DNA from: Bacteroidia bacterium | GTDB lineage: Bacteria > Bacteroidota > Bacteroidia > NS11-12g > UBA9320 | Direction: 5' to 3' | DNA length: 64,000 nucleotides | Assembly: GCA_965216465.1 (NCBI GenBank) | Contig: CBDCFW010000006.1 | Location: 640,001-704,000 of the forward strand | Shown here: in pieces, positions 1 through 9,022 of the stretch | Position numbering within the stretch: the stretch's first letter is position 1 | How the letters are laid out: each line of letters starts with the position of its first letter | The notes under the pieces: model-generated | What the model was told of the DNA's origin: nothing | Databases searched by the model: none | Seen by the model: only the letters and a program-made list of their open reading frames with translations | Position numbers and translations under genes: made by a program

Positions 1-110
1 CCCAACAATCGATTGATGGTATGCAACTCATCCAGATTCACTTTGAGATCTTCAAAGGGAACATCCCCGTCTATCAGCTCTTTTTGGTATGATCTCTCCT
101 TAAATTTCAT
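1..110 (-). CDS. Methyltransferase of type III PKS cluster (5' part only, runs off window)
   Basis: Manual translation from ATG at 110: MKFKERSYQKELIDGDVPFEDLKVNLDELHTINRLLG, which resembles the N-terminus of PKS-associated SAM methyltransferases. It overlaps the PKS stop. Confidence 0.7.
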   Translation of the reverse strand, partial: MKFKERSYQKELIDGDVPFEDLKVNLDELHTINRLL

Positions 111-1113
111 GCAGAAGTAAGCTTTCAAAGGTGAGGCCAGGACCAAATGCACAAGCAATAATCTCTTTCCGTTGGCTTCCTTGTTTAAAGAATCGATCCA
201 ATACAAATAGTATGGTTGCTGAAGACATATTACCGAATTGCCGAAGTACTTCTCTCGAATGACTTAATCGATTATTCTCAAGATCCATCCCTGTTTCTAT
301 GCTATCTAGTATTTGCCTTCCGCCAGGATGCACCACCCAATCAAGGTTATGAAGCTCTCGATCATACAGCTGCTCTTTGACGATGAGATCACGAATAAAA
401 CTCGGTATCTCATTACTCAGGGTCATCAGAAATCCGTTTTGATTTATACGCCAACTCATGTCCTCCGCCGAATGCGGAATTATCCTTGAAGCAGACTCGT
501 CAATTCTTAGTCCTTTCACTGCTTCTGAGCTAATTACCACTGCAGCTGCACCATCCGCAAACAAGCTATTGGAAATCAAATAATCTGGATGATACTCAGT
601 TCTGAAATGCAGGGTACATAGCTCAGCACTTACTAGAAGTACCTTTCTACCAGCAGTTCTGCATATTTCTTGAGCCAAACGTAAACCCGTTATCGCCGCA
701 TAGCAACCCATAAAGTTGATGTTATATCTTCGGATATTCCTTGGCAAGTTAAATCGATCGATAAGCTCAAATTCCAAGCCTGGAGCTTGCATACCCGTAC
801 AACTGATGGTAATGACATCCGTAAATTCTTCAAGTTCTTCTTGGCTTAGCTTTAGACCTTCGACTGCTTCAATCACCAATTTGCTCGCTTCGTGATGATA
901 AAATGCCATCTTCTCTTCCACCTTCATTGAAGGGATACGTTCAAGGTCTTTTACTACCGTATGCCGGGTGTCAATACCGCTTCGACGGCAAATCATCTGA
1001 ATCTGTCGTTTGATCGTTTCGTCTGCTGCTGTTGAGCTGAAAAAATCAGCAAACTCCTGCTGAGTTATTACTCTAGAAGGAACAACTGTATTGATGTGTG
1101 AAATGGTACTCAA
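100..1113 (-). CDS. Type III polyketide synthase (chalcone synthase-like)
   Basis: Catalytic triad motifs FMGC, VHPGG and GNMSS, plus C-terminal AFGPGLT. Confidence 0.93.
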   Translation of the reverse strand: MSTISHINTVVPSRVITQQEFADFFSSTAADETIKRQIQMICRRSGIDTRHTVVKDLERIPSMKVEEKMAFYHHEASKLVIEAVEGLKLSQEELEEFTDVITISCTGMQAPGLEFELIDRFNLPRNIRRYNINFMGCYAAITGLRLAQEICRTAGRKVLLVSAELCTLHFRTEYHPDYLISNSLFADGAAAVVISSEAVKGLRIDESASRIIPHSAEDMSWRINQNGFLMTLSNEIPSFIRDLIVKEQLYDRELHNLDWVVHPGGRQILDSIETGMDLENNRLSHSREVLRQFGNMSSATILFVLDRFFKQGSQRKEIIACAFGPGLTFESLLLHEI

Positions 1114-1964
1114 AAAATCAGGATTAATAATAGGTAAAACAGATTAAACGTAATAGCTGCTAAAACATTAAACCTCATTGTGTCCTTAAAGTTTGCTTGT
1201 GCCTGATTTTTAATCACCTTTGAGAACCAAAGGCTGAATGCTATTATCACAGGTAACTGGATGATTAACAACAGATTAAACTCCTGACTTTGCCAACCAA
1301 AATAAAAGAAATAACACAGGTTTGCTAGGGCAAAACACAACGCAGAAAAAATAAATGTACCGCGATATCCAAGCAGATAGCTAATGGTTCTGACCCCATC
1401 AGCAAGATCTTCTTCGTGCTGATAAATCTGTGATATGGGGTAAACTGCTCCAATCTGTAAACTGGCTGCAATTGCAGCTAGATACATGTTGGGTTCTACC
1501 TCCGCTCCCAATCCAAACAAGCAAGCAATAAATGTGAATCCTCCTTGAAAAAAGATTACCCATAGAAAGCCGAGGATAGGATATCGTTTAAGCCGAATCT
1601 TCCTGTGGCTGTATGCCCGTGATGCAATAATGTATAAAGACACAAGTCCTCCAAACTCCCAACCGACTAGAAGACTTGATAGTAATACAGCTGAGACATC
1701 CATTGCATTTGAAAAATACAAGATGAATCGATTGATGGGAGGAGGAGATTCCAATCCGCCAATGCTTCCTTGGTCATTGTCGTGGTAACTGTTGAACGCA
1801 TTGCTTGATGGATAAACCAAGAGATGAAGTACGATAAAGATGGTTATCCCTTCTTGCCAACCTGGTGATTCTGATTGGGAAAGTGCAAATAAAAATACAG
1901 GCAAAAGCAAGACCGAGAATGGAATTCTCAGGTGAATCAGTGCATCTTTAATTTCCTTACTCAA
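1110..1964 (-). CDS. UbiA-family prenyltransferase
   Basis: Polytopic membrane protein with NSYHDNDQG and YQHEEDLADG Asp-rich motifs. Confidence 0.85.
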   Translation of the reverse strand: MSKEIKDALIHLRIPFSVLLLPVFLFALSQSESPGWQEGITIFIVLHLLVYPSSNAFNSYHDNDQGSIGGLESPPPINRFILYFSNAMDVSAVLLSSLLVGWEFGGLVSLYIIASRAYSHRKIRLKRYPILGFLWVIFFQGGFTFIACLFGLGAEVEPNMYLAAIAASLQIGAVYPISQIYQHEEDLADGVRTISYLLGYRGTFIFSALCFALANLCYFFYFGWQSQEFNLLLIIQLPVIIAFSLWFSKVIKNQAQANFKDTMRFNVLAAITFNLFYLLLILIF

Positions 1965-1965
1965 C

Positions 1966-2517
1966 TTACAGATTAACTCTTCTAGACAGTCTTAATTGCC
2001 ACAAAGTGATCCAGCCTTGACCAACATCCTCGCCTTCGCTCATCACATTGATCTCAAAACCGTTGACGAAGGCTGTACCTACATCCCAGTTATCACCAAG
2101 ATGGAAAAGGTAGCCCAATTCAAAGGTGGGTTGAAAGACCGTTATATCTGTGCTCCCCTTTTTTACGATTTCAGAATCGTCAATCCAATTGATCTTCATT
2201 CTCCACAGATCAGTGCGCAATCCCAAGTAGATTCCAGAACATTCCTTCATGGGGTAATAACGATAGCCAAATGAAACACCAGGACCACCTCCTTCTTCGT
2301 AGTCATTGAGTCCACTAAAATCTTTTCGATCCGAGAAATTATACGCCACCCGGGCATTCCAGCTATGAACAGTGGTCTTGAAAGGACTTTCGACTTGAAC
2401 ACCTACAATATAGCCTGCAGGATAGAAGTTGTACTCCGGTCCTAGGAGGATAGATTGAGGCTTGGCTTCATTGAGTGAAAAGCAAAAAATTATAAAAAGG
2501 ATGATACGCCATCTCAT
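1966..2517 (-). CDS. Secreted / outer-membrane beta-barrel-like hypothetical protein
   Basis: Signal peptide and alternating aromatic beta strands. Confidence 0.6.
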   Translation of the reverse strand: MRWRIILFIIFCFSLNEAKPQSILLGPEYNFYPAGYIVGVQVESPFKTTVHSWNARVAYNFSDRKDFSGLNDYEEGGGPGVSFGYRYYPMKECSGIYLGLRTDLWRMKINWIDDSEIVKKGSTDITVFQPTFELGYLFHLGDNWDVGTAFVNGFEINVMSEGEDVGQGWITLWQLRLSRRVNL

Positions 2518-2572
2518 TAATCAAATATAATCAGAAATTGGGGGGTTAGAGAAAGTTAAAAGTAATAATTGA
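2462..2572. repeat. 111-bp direct repeat, copy 1 (upstream region and first codons of 1966..2517)
   Basis: Matches 3252-3362 with 3 mismatches by manual alignment. Confidence 0.95.
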
Positions 2573-2700
2573 GAAAGATTGACAATTGGTCTGATAGCAC
2601 CTAAGGATGTAGGAGCATAAATGTTATTTTGATCTACAATAGATTCTCATCTTACAATCTAGAATAAATTGGTATATTGCGTAGACTAATCGATTGTAAT

Positions 2701-2841
2701 ATGCCAGGATCAGAAGAACAGAAAAAAGATGAGGCGCTATCCACATTAAAAAAATGTATAACGATACCCGAGATTTACGCGGTCATGCCAGCCATTTCAA
2801 ATGTAGGGGCACTGGCCCTCGAAGGGCGGTTTGTGAGGTAA
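2701..2841 (+). CDS. Small ORF, 46 aa (MPGSEEQKKDEALSTLKKC...)
   Basis: Manual translation; a TATATTGC promoter-like motif lies shortly upstream; no recognisable family. Confidence 0.35.
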   Translation: MPGSEEQKKDEALSTLKKCITIPEIYAVMPAISNVGALALEGRFVR

Positions 2842-2890
2842 CAAAATTTCTTTTATCGTTAAGCAGTAAACACAAAATAGAAAAATAGAT

Positions 2891-3070
2891 ATGGACAATA
2901 ATAGTGATCAAAAGACAATTGAAAAGGAACTAGCACGAATTATAAACATAACAAGATTGCTCGATAATAAGATTAAGAAATCAGGCAGCTCTGTTTCTGA
3001 TGAACTACTTAGAGATCTGAAAAAAGCACAAGAACTAATTAAGAAATTCAAACCATTGTTGTTAGAGTGA
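2891..3070 (+). CDS. Small helical ORF, 59 aa (MDNNSDQKTIEKELARIINITRLLDNKIKK...)
   Basis: Manual translation; A-rich leader and amphipathic helical pattern. Confidence 0.5.
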   Translation: MDNNSDQKTIEKELARIINITRLLDNKIKKSGSSVSDELLRDLKKAQELIKKFKPLLLE

Positions 3071-3251
3071 TGTACAGTATGTGCTGCGATTCACTGTAAT
3101 TAGTACAATACCTTTTTCTATTAAGGCCTAGAAGGCTAAATAACGTGTTCATTTTACTCTTAGAACTGACTATTCAATAAATCGATGTAATAAGGATGTG
3201 CTAGAAAGATGCTTACCACTCTGAAATCAGATAAACCTGAGTTCATCCATA

Positions 3252-3362
3252 TTGGCTTCATTGAGTGAAAAGCAAAAAATCATAAAAAGGATGATACGCC
3301 ATCTCATTACTCAAATATAATCAGAAATTGGGGGGTTAGAGAAGGTTAAAAGTAATAATTGA
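3252..3362. repeat. 111-bp direct repeat, copy 2 (truncated gene start)
   Basis: Matches 2462-2572; the minus-strand ATG at 3307 gives only MRWRIILFMIFCFSLNEANMDELRFI*. Confidence 0.95.
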
Positions 3363-3568
3363 ATCAGGATGTAAGATTAGAGGCCTTCCAGGCGATAAAG
3401 CGAACTAGTTTCTCAGTAATAAGGTATAAAGAAATGAACCAAATTTATCAGTTCATTGTATTACTTACTGAAGAACTTCTCAAAAGGATTCGTCCTGTCG
3501 AATAAAAGCGCATATTTGACCCCTCCTTGAGCTTAACTTGAAAGAGCTGCGTTTCTAAGATATAAATC

Positions 3569-4924
3569 ATGAACAAAAAAATCGGAATTGACGACATTGC
3601 CTTCCAGGCACCAAAGCTTTACCTTCCAATCGCTGAACTTGCAGAAGCGAGAGGAATTGAAAACTCAAAACTAAAGTTTGGCCTGGGGCTAGAGCAGATG
3701 TCTGTTTGCGACGCTGATGAAGACATCGTAACACTATCTGCGGCAGCAGCCTTGAAATTGATTAAGCAACAATCATTAAATCCCAAAGATATTGGACGTA
3801 TCTACATGGGCACAGAAAGTACTGTTGATGGCTCAAAACCGATTAGCAGTTATGTGCATGGTCTCTTGAACAAGGAATTTGAAAACAAGGGTTACGGCCC
3901 TAATGCTTTACTGCATGCGGATGTAGTAGACATGACATTTGCTTGTATTGGGGCTGTAGATGCCATGCAAAACTCATTGTACTATGTTGCTGCTAATCCC
4001 GGAAAGGTTGCTATAGTTATTGCTGGTGATATCGCCAATTACGACCTTGGTTCGAGTGGAGAATACACCCAGGGTGCTGGGGCGATTGCTCTTCTGATCA
4101 AAGAAGATCCTCAATTGATGGAGATCGATCCACAATGGGGCGTTGCTACGCAAAATGAGCATGACTTTTTCAAGCCCATACGTTTAGAAATGCGTGATGG
4201 TGAGTTGCAAGAATTACATGATGAAAAACCAATTTTCGATGGTCAATTTTCAAATCAAACCTACCAAGATCGTATTACCGAGGCATGGGCACATTACGAT
4301 GGTGAATCTGCTATCACTTCGTTTGGCACCTTAGTTTTTCATTTGCCTTATGCCTTTCACGGACGGAGGATTATTGCTCCTCTTTACCTTAACGAATTAA
4401 GACAACAGGGAAAATTAAATGCTTTAGCAGCCGAGAATGGTTTAGATCCAGATAGTCCTGATTTTACAAAGCTTTTCACTAAAACAGATCACTATAAAAA
4501 CTGGGTTGGAAAGACTATCGCAAAAGGAGAACAATTCTCATCAGCGATGGGGAATCTATATACAGCAAGCATATTCTTGAGTTTGATGAGCAGTTTGGAG
4601 AATGGAGATCATCAACCAGGCGAAAGCATCTTATTTTTTGCTTATGGTTCAGGGTCAAAATCAAAAGTTTTCAGTGCAAAGCTTGGTGATCAGTTTAATG
4701 AAAGAGTGATGAAATGGAAGACCGCTGAACAACTTGAACAACGTAAAGCCATCAGCTTTGACGACTATATTGCCCTACGAACAACGCTAATGAACAAAGC
4801 TATTGAGCAAAGATCAGGCTTTATGCAAATTTCTAGTGGTTCCGGTGAATTGAACAGATTTTCAAGAGAATATGCTTATCGTGAGGTGGTCTTAGAGGCT
4901 TCGGGTGAACTTTCAAAGTATTGA
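3569..4924 (+). CDS. mvaS: Hydroxymethylglutaryl-CoA synthase
   Basis: GIDDI N-terminus, GTES, catalytic FAC motif, GEYTQGAGA, FHLPY, GNLYTAS, YGSG. Confidence 0.9.
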   Translation: MNKKIGIDDIAFQAPKLYLPIAELAEARGIENSKLKFGLGLEQMSVCDADEDIVTLSAAAALKLIKQQSLNPKDIGRIYMGTESTVDGSKPISSYVHGLLNKEFENKGYGPNALLHADVVDMTFACIGAVDAMQNSLYYVAANPGKVAIVIAGDIANYDLGSSGEYTQGAGAIALLIKEDPQLMEIDPQWGVATQNEHDFFKPIRLEMRDGELQELHDEKPIFDGQFSNQTYQDRITEAWAHYDGESAITSFGTLVFHLPYAFHGRRIIAPLYLNELRQQGKLNALAAENGLDPDSPDFTKLFTKTDHYKNWVGKTIAKGEQFSSAMGNLYTASIFLSLMSSLENGDHQPGESILFFAYGSGSKSKVFSAKLGDQFNERVMKWKTAEQLEQRKAISFDDYIALRTTLMNKAIEQRSGFMQISSGSGELNRFSREYAYREVVLEASGELSKY

Positions 4925-4973
4925 GCAGGAGTAAGGAGCAAATTAACTCTTGCTCCAGAATTTTACCTCTTGC
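4923..4973. repeat. Imperfect palindromic repeat, copy A (GAGCA..TCTTGCTCC..CTCTTGC)
   Basis: Aligns with 6543-6592; lies at the HMG-CoA synthase stop. Confidence 0.7.
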
Positions 4974-5076
4974 ACATATGCAGCCCACCAAACGTGACAA
5001 CTATCCAAGCAAATCTAGGATCTTTTTAGTACTGGGTCTCAGATTACTGGATTACATAAATGTTGTAACTTTGGGG

Positions 5077-5556
5077 ATGCTATCAAAGCTCCTATGTTGC
5101 TCCTTGCTCATTCTAGGTTACTTCAAAGTTACTGCACAGAATCAATTACGATTTGGGTATGGGTCATATGAAGGTATCAACATGAGCATGGTTCATGGTA
5201 TATTCCAAGACTCAGAATTATCTGTAGGTGTAGGTGCTTTTGATCGCTTTACTAAAGACAGACTATACGTATCCGCATTTTTAGAATACAACCTTCCTTT
5301 TCCATACATAAAAAGTGAAAATTGGAGAGTGTCCACATCTCTCATATTTTGGAGGTTGGAGGACCAAAGTTATATCTGGCATATGGGATCAGCTGTTCCA
5401 GCACTTCAATACAGCTATAGAAGCAAGATGGGCGAGTGGAGAATTGGCACAGGACCAGCCTTTAACCTAGTTCTAAACAATCAAAGGAAAACCTATTATG
5501 ATGTAGGTTGGCCTTATCAAGTTGGACTTAATTATTCTGTAAGCCTAACACTATGA
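5077..5556 (+). CDS. Secreted beta-barrel-like hypothetical protein (likely start ATG 5077)
   Basis: MLSKLLCCSLLILGYFKVTAQ signal peptide; the upstream ORF extension runs through the repeat. Confidence 0.6.
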   Translation: MLSKLLCCSLLILGYFKVTAQNQLRFGYGSYEGINMSMVHGIFQDSELSVGVGAFDRFTKDRLYVSAFLEYNLPFPYIKSENWRVSTSLIFWRLEDQSYIWHMGSAVPALQYSYRSKMGEWRIGTGPAFNLVLNNQRKTYYDVGWPYQVGLNYSVSLTL

Positions 5557-6392
5557 AGTCAATATGGTTATTCCTTCTGTTTTGTGTTCTATTAGGTTGC
5601 GAGAAGATCAAGTGGTACCCTGATTTACAAGATGACTTCAATGTTGAAACTCAGATTTTAGGTCATAGAGGTGCTGGGGCAGTCAATGCAGTGCACAAAG
5701 AGAACAGTTTATCTGCTGCTCATGAAGGTCTTTCCGTTTTAGATGGAATAGAGGTTGACGTTCAAATAAGCAAGGATAGAACATTGTGGTTATCCCATGA
5801 TATTATGGTTCCTACATGTTCGGGTATATCGCAATTATGCTTTCCTGAAACCAGGGACTCTGTTATAGCACGGGTTTCAAAATGCTCAGGAAGTGAATCT
5901 CTTACTTGCAAATTGGAAGATGTTTTTTTATTGATGAGGGATTCATTTGCTAAAGCGAACATCTCTATCGACGTGAAGGCCTGGACGCCATGTGACGTCA
6001 AAAGTTCTGATATTCTTGGAATGATGAATCTCATTGCTGAGCAAATAATCTTTCTCGCTGAAACGTATAATTTGGATGGTCGTGTTCTAGTAGAAAGCGA
6101 AACTACAAACACACTTCATTTCATCAAGAAAAGAACAGATGCAATTGAATGCTACGTTACCAGTTTTGGAGATTTTGAAAGAGCGATGCAAATCTGTCTT
6201 GAAGGAGGGTTCAATGGAATATCTTTCGAGTACAAGGCCTTAGAAGAAATTGGCCGAAATGAAGTTGGACTGATTCGCAGAAAGGGGTTGAAAATTCAGC
6301 TTTGGACCGTCAATAATGAAGAGACAATTATCGAGGCAATGAGCATTAACCCCGACTATATTCAAACCGACAATTTGGATTACTTTAAGTAA
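5553..6392 (+). CDS. Glycerophosphodiester phosphodiesterase family lipoprotein
   Basis: Lipobox LLGC, GHRG, ENS, GIEVDV, SHD, WTVN, IQTD motifs. Confidence 0.9.
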   Translation: MKSIWLFLLFCVLLGCEKIKWYPDLQDDFNVETQILGHRGAGAVNAVHKENSLSAAHEGLSVLDGIEVDVQISKDRTLWLSHDIMVPTCSGISQLCFPETRDSVIARVSKCSGSESLTCKLEDVFLLMRDSFAKANISIDVKAWTPCDVKSSDILGMMNLIAEQIIFLAETYNLDGRVLVESETTNTLHFIKKRTDAIECYVTSFGDFERAMQICLEGGFNGISFEYKALEEIGRNEVGLIRRKGLKIQLWTVNNEETIIEAMSINPDYIQTDNLDYFK

Positions 6393-6531
6393 TAAAGCTT
6401 GGCGATTGAGACCTAACATGCTTTTCTGTGCTTATTTGTTTGACCAACTTTGAAATAGAGGAATTGTAGGCTTTTGCCTTTTGGTAAACCATAAGTTTTT
6501 CGAAATCGAACATAGATAGTGAATTGTGTTT

Positions 6532-6592
6532 AGCAAGAGTGAGAGCAAGAGTATAGAGCAATAATCTCTTGCTCCATACTCATATCTCTTGC
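6532..6592. repeat. Imperfect palindromic repeat, copy B; probable ancestral tRNA-downstream hairpin
   Basis: AGCAAGAG units paired with CTCTTGCT units; aligns with 4923-4973; adjacent to the att repeat. Confidence 0.7.
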
Positions 6593-6598
6593 TTATTT

Positions 6599-6641
6599 GT
6601 GGGCCCACCTGGGCTCGAACCAGGGACCACCTGATTATGAG
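6599..6641. repeat. att site: 43-bp copy of the tRNA 3' half
   Basis: gtgggcccacctgggctcgaaccagggaccacctgattatgag is identical to 21686-21728. Confidence 0.97.
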
Positions 6642-6716
6642 GGTGCGCGATCGGTTCCGTAAATCATTTATTGTCTGATAGTTAGTGATTTAAGAAATTT
6701 CTTGTTGCACATTTTC

Positions 6717-6778
6717 GTGTCCATTTGTGACATTTTGGGACAATCATACCGGTCAGGCTTGCAAGAAAGCTTGCAAGA
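6717..6778. promoter_or_regulatory. Putative recombination arm / accessory-protein binding block, left end
   Basis: GTGTC-N5-GTGACAT-N5-GACA followed by tandem CTTGCAAG; the same block occurs at 21579-21639. Confidence 0.65.
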
Positions 6779-6959
6779 TCATTCAGGTGGTGATTAAATC
6801 ATGTTGTAGTTAAAATTGAGATTGACTTCCTTCAATATAGGAGGAACTGGCAATCAACTTCAATTTTGGTATATGTATAGTTTGAACATGATAATAGTTA
6901 AAGAATGCGAAACTAAAGAATTGCTAACTTGCAGAAGTTAATCTGACAAGCCCTAAAAA

Positions 6960-8012
6960 ATGAATAACGAAGTCAAATCATATAAACCGTCAGGCAAGAA
7001 TGATTTCAGAGATGAAAGGTATAGCCATATGTCAAATCTAAACAAACTGAACAAATCTTTGAAATATGGCAAGACAAAGAACGGCAGTCGCTACTATCAT
7101 GTAATAGAGTTTGATGAATCAAATCCATACAATCTACTTGGGGAAGAAGTGATATTACGACAGGTAAATGAAAGATTCAAATCAAAAGCAGGAGATAAGA
7201 AAAGAGTCTTAACAAATATGCTTGCATCACAAGCTTGTTGTTTCAATTTATTTGCACCCCTTAAGCTCGATGTAAATAAAAACCTCGCCAATTCATTATT
7301 CTCAAATCTGCTTCAAAAGAAAGTAACAGTATCCAGAATAGAAATTGAGTTCACTCCTTCAAAAGAAGAAAGTATCGGAGATCAATCAACAAATGGTGGA
7401 ACTGATTCTGATCTAGCTGTTTTCTATGAAATTGAAACCGGTGGGAAAGGAGTCATTTTACTAGAAATTAAGTACATAGAAGAAAAGTTTTCAGTTTGTT
7501 CATCTTATAGAACTAAAAATGGAAGTTTTAAGGATGGAAACGCAAAACCAAACATTAGGCCTATTTGTGATAACCCCAATTTTATAAATGAGCACAACTC
7601 ACAGAATATAGCTACACCTAGTTGCGGGTATATGAGATATGAAAATTGGGGATTGACAATGAACAGTTCCGTTTTTAACTATGAAGCCATAAAAAAAGCT
7701 CCTTTCTGTCCATTTAGATTTTCATTAAATCAATTATGGAGAAACATGCTTTTAGCTGAGAAAGTGTCTCATCAAAACAATCTTGAAGAATTTCATTTTT
7801 GGGTATTAAGCCCTAAACAGAACATTAAATTGTGGAATAACTACTCTGAAGATGTAGCCAAGGAATTTAGTCAGATATTAACTAACAAAGGAAAAAAATC
7901 CTTTAGAAAATTAGATTTAGAAGAAGACTTTGTAACGTACATTGAATTAAACTCAAAATCTGAATGGAATATGAACTGGATGAAAAAATTTAGAGAAAAA
8001 TACATCGACTGA
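6960..8012 (+). CDS. PD-(D/E)xK putative restriction endonuclease (PGN_0703-like)
   Basis: LASQACCFNLF, IEIEF, TDSDL..LEIKYIE, NQLWRNMLLA motifs. Confidence 0.7.
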   Translation: MNNEVKSYKPSGKNDFRDERYSHMSNLNKLNKSLKYGKTKNGSRYYHVIEFDESNPYNLLGEEVILRQVNERFKSKAGDKKRVLTNMLASQACCFNLFAPLKLDVNKNLANSLFSNLLQKKVTVSRIEIEFTPSKEESIGDQSTNGGTDSDLAVFYEIETGGKGVILLEIKYIEEKFSVCSSYRTKNGSFKDGNAKPNIRPICDNPNFINEHNSQNIATPSCGYMRYENWGLTMNSSVFNYEAIKKAPFCPFRFSLNQLWRNMLLAEKVSHQNNLEEFHFWVLSPKQNIKLWNNYSEDVAKEFSQILTNKGKKSFRKLDLEEDFVTYIELNSKSEWNMNWMKKFREKYID

Positions 8013-8108
8013 ATGCAACTCATCAACATAAATTAACTTAATGTATCACTTTGTTACAAATTTAGAATTTGAAATTATCGAATTTAATTTCATTAAATTG
8101 ACCCATTT

Positions 8109-8864
8109 ATGGACCTAATAACCACTGAAAATCAGCTAAATAAAAATCTCCGCACAATTGATCACTATCTTTCTGGTAGTAAGCAGAGCTTTCATGATTA
8201 TGCAATAGCAAGAATAAAAAGAGGGACATGTTTTGTGGTTGAAAAGGTAGGAAATGAATATCGCTTCTATCCAAGCCGATTCATAGGATATAAAAACAAC
8301 AGCATTCGGAATCATAGCATTAATGACTCAAAAGATGGGCGAGAAACAAATAAGGCAATATCCGATCTATTAGGGTCTAGACCACAACCGAATAATGTTC
8401 TAAATGACCTTTACATTACTTATTGCAGCAGACTGGGGTTTACTTCACCAATAAGTGGTTCGTTTGGTGCAAGGAGGAAATTCTGGTTAATAAGTACATT
8501 AGATTTTGATATTGAAGATGCAGAAAGTGATGATGACGAGTTCCCAGAAGGTGGGTTTATAAAAAAGACTCACTTAGCACGGGAACGCGATCCAAAAGTA
8601 GTAGCTGCAGCTAAAAAGAAGTTCAAAGCAAAGAACGGTAAACTATATTGTGAAGTATGTGAGTTTGATTTTGAGAAGAATTACGGATCAATCGGAAAAG
8701 ACTTTATTGAAGCACATCATACTATTCCTGTTTCAATGATGTCTCGTAATCACAAGACAAAAGCATCAGACCTTGCAATGGTATGTTCTAATTGTCATAG
8801 AATGCTTCATAGAAAACGACCATGGTTGTCTATCAATGAATTAAAGTTGATTCTGCGAGACTGA
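8109..8864 (+). CDS. McrA-like HNH endonuclease with uncharacterised N-terminal domain
   Basis: ERDP..CEVC..IEAHH..VCSNCHRMLH. Confidence 0.88.
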   Translation: MDLITTENQLNKNLRTIDHYLSGSKQSFHDYAIARIKRGTCFVVEKVGNEYRFYPSRFIGYKNNSIRNHSINDSKDGRETNKAISDLLGSRPQPNNVLNDLYITYCSRLGFTSPISGSFGARRKFWLISTLDFDIEDAESDDDEFPEGGFIKKTHLARERDPKVVAAAKKKFKAKNGKLYCEVCEFDFEKNYGSIGKDFIEAHHTIPVSMMSRNHKTKASDLAMVCSNCHRMLHRKRPWLSINELKLILRD

Positions 8865-9022
8865 ATAATCAAATCTACTTAACCTTTATTTATCATAGTC
8901 TTTGTACTTTTTCAGTAAACAGTCTAGATAAGGCTATATATATACAGTCTATTGGCAAAATCCTTCTAAATTGAAGGATTCGACATTCACAAAATTATAA
9001 TAGGCCTTTAATAGTTTGGATA

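Noticed and set aside
4921-5076. N-terminal extension of ORF 4921..5556
   Set aside because: It runs through the palindromic repeat; the signal peptide begins at ATG 5077
6599-6641. Possible second tRNA gene
   Set aside because: Only the 3' half up to the anticodon loop is present; the D arm and 5' acceptor strand are missing, so it is an att duplication
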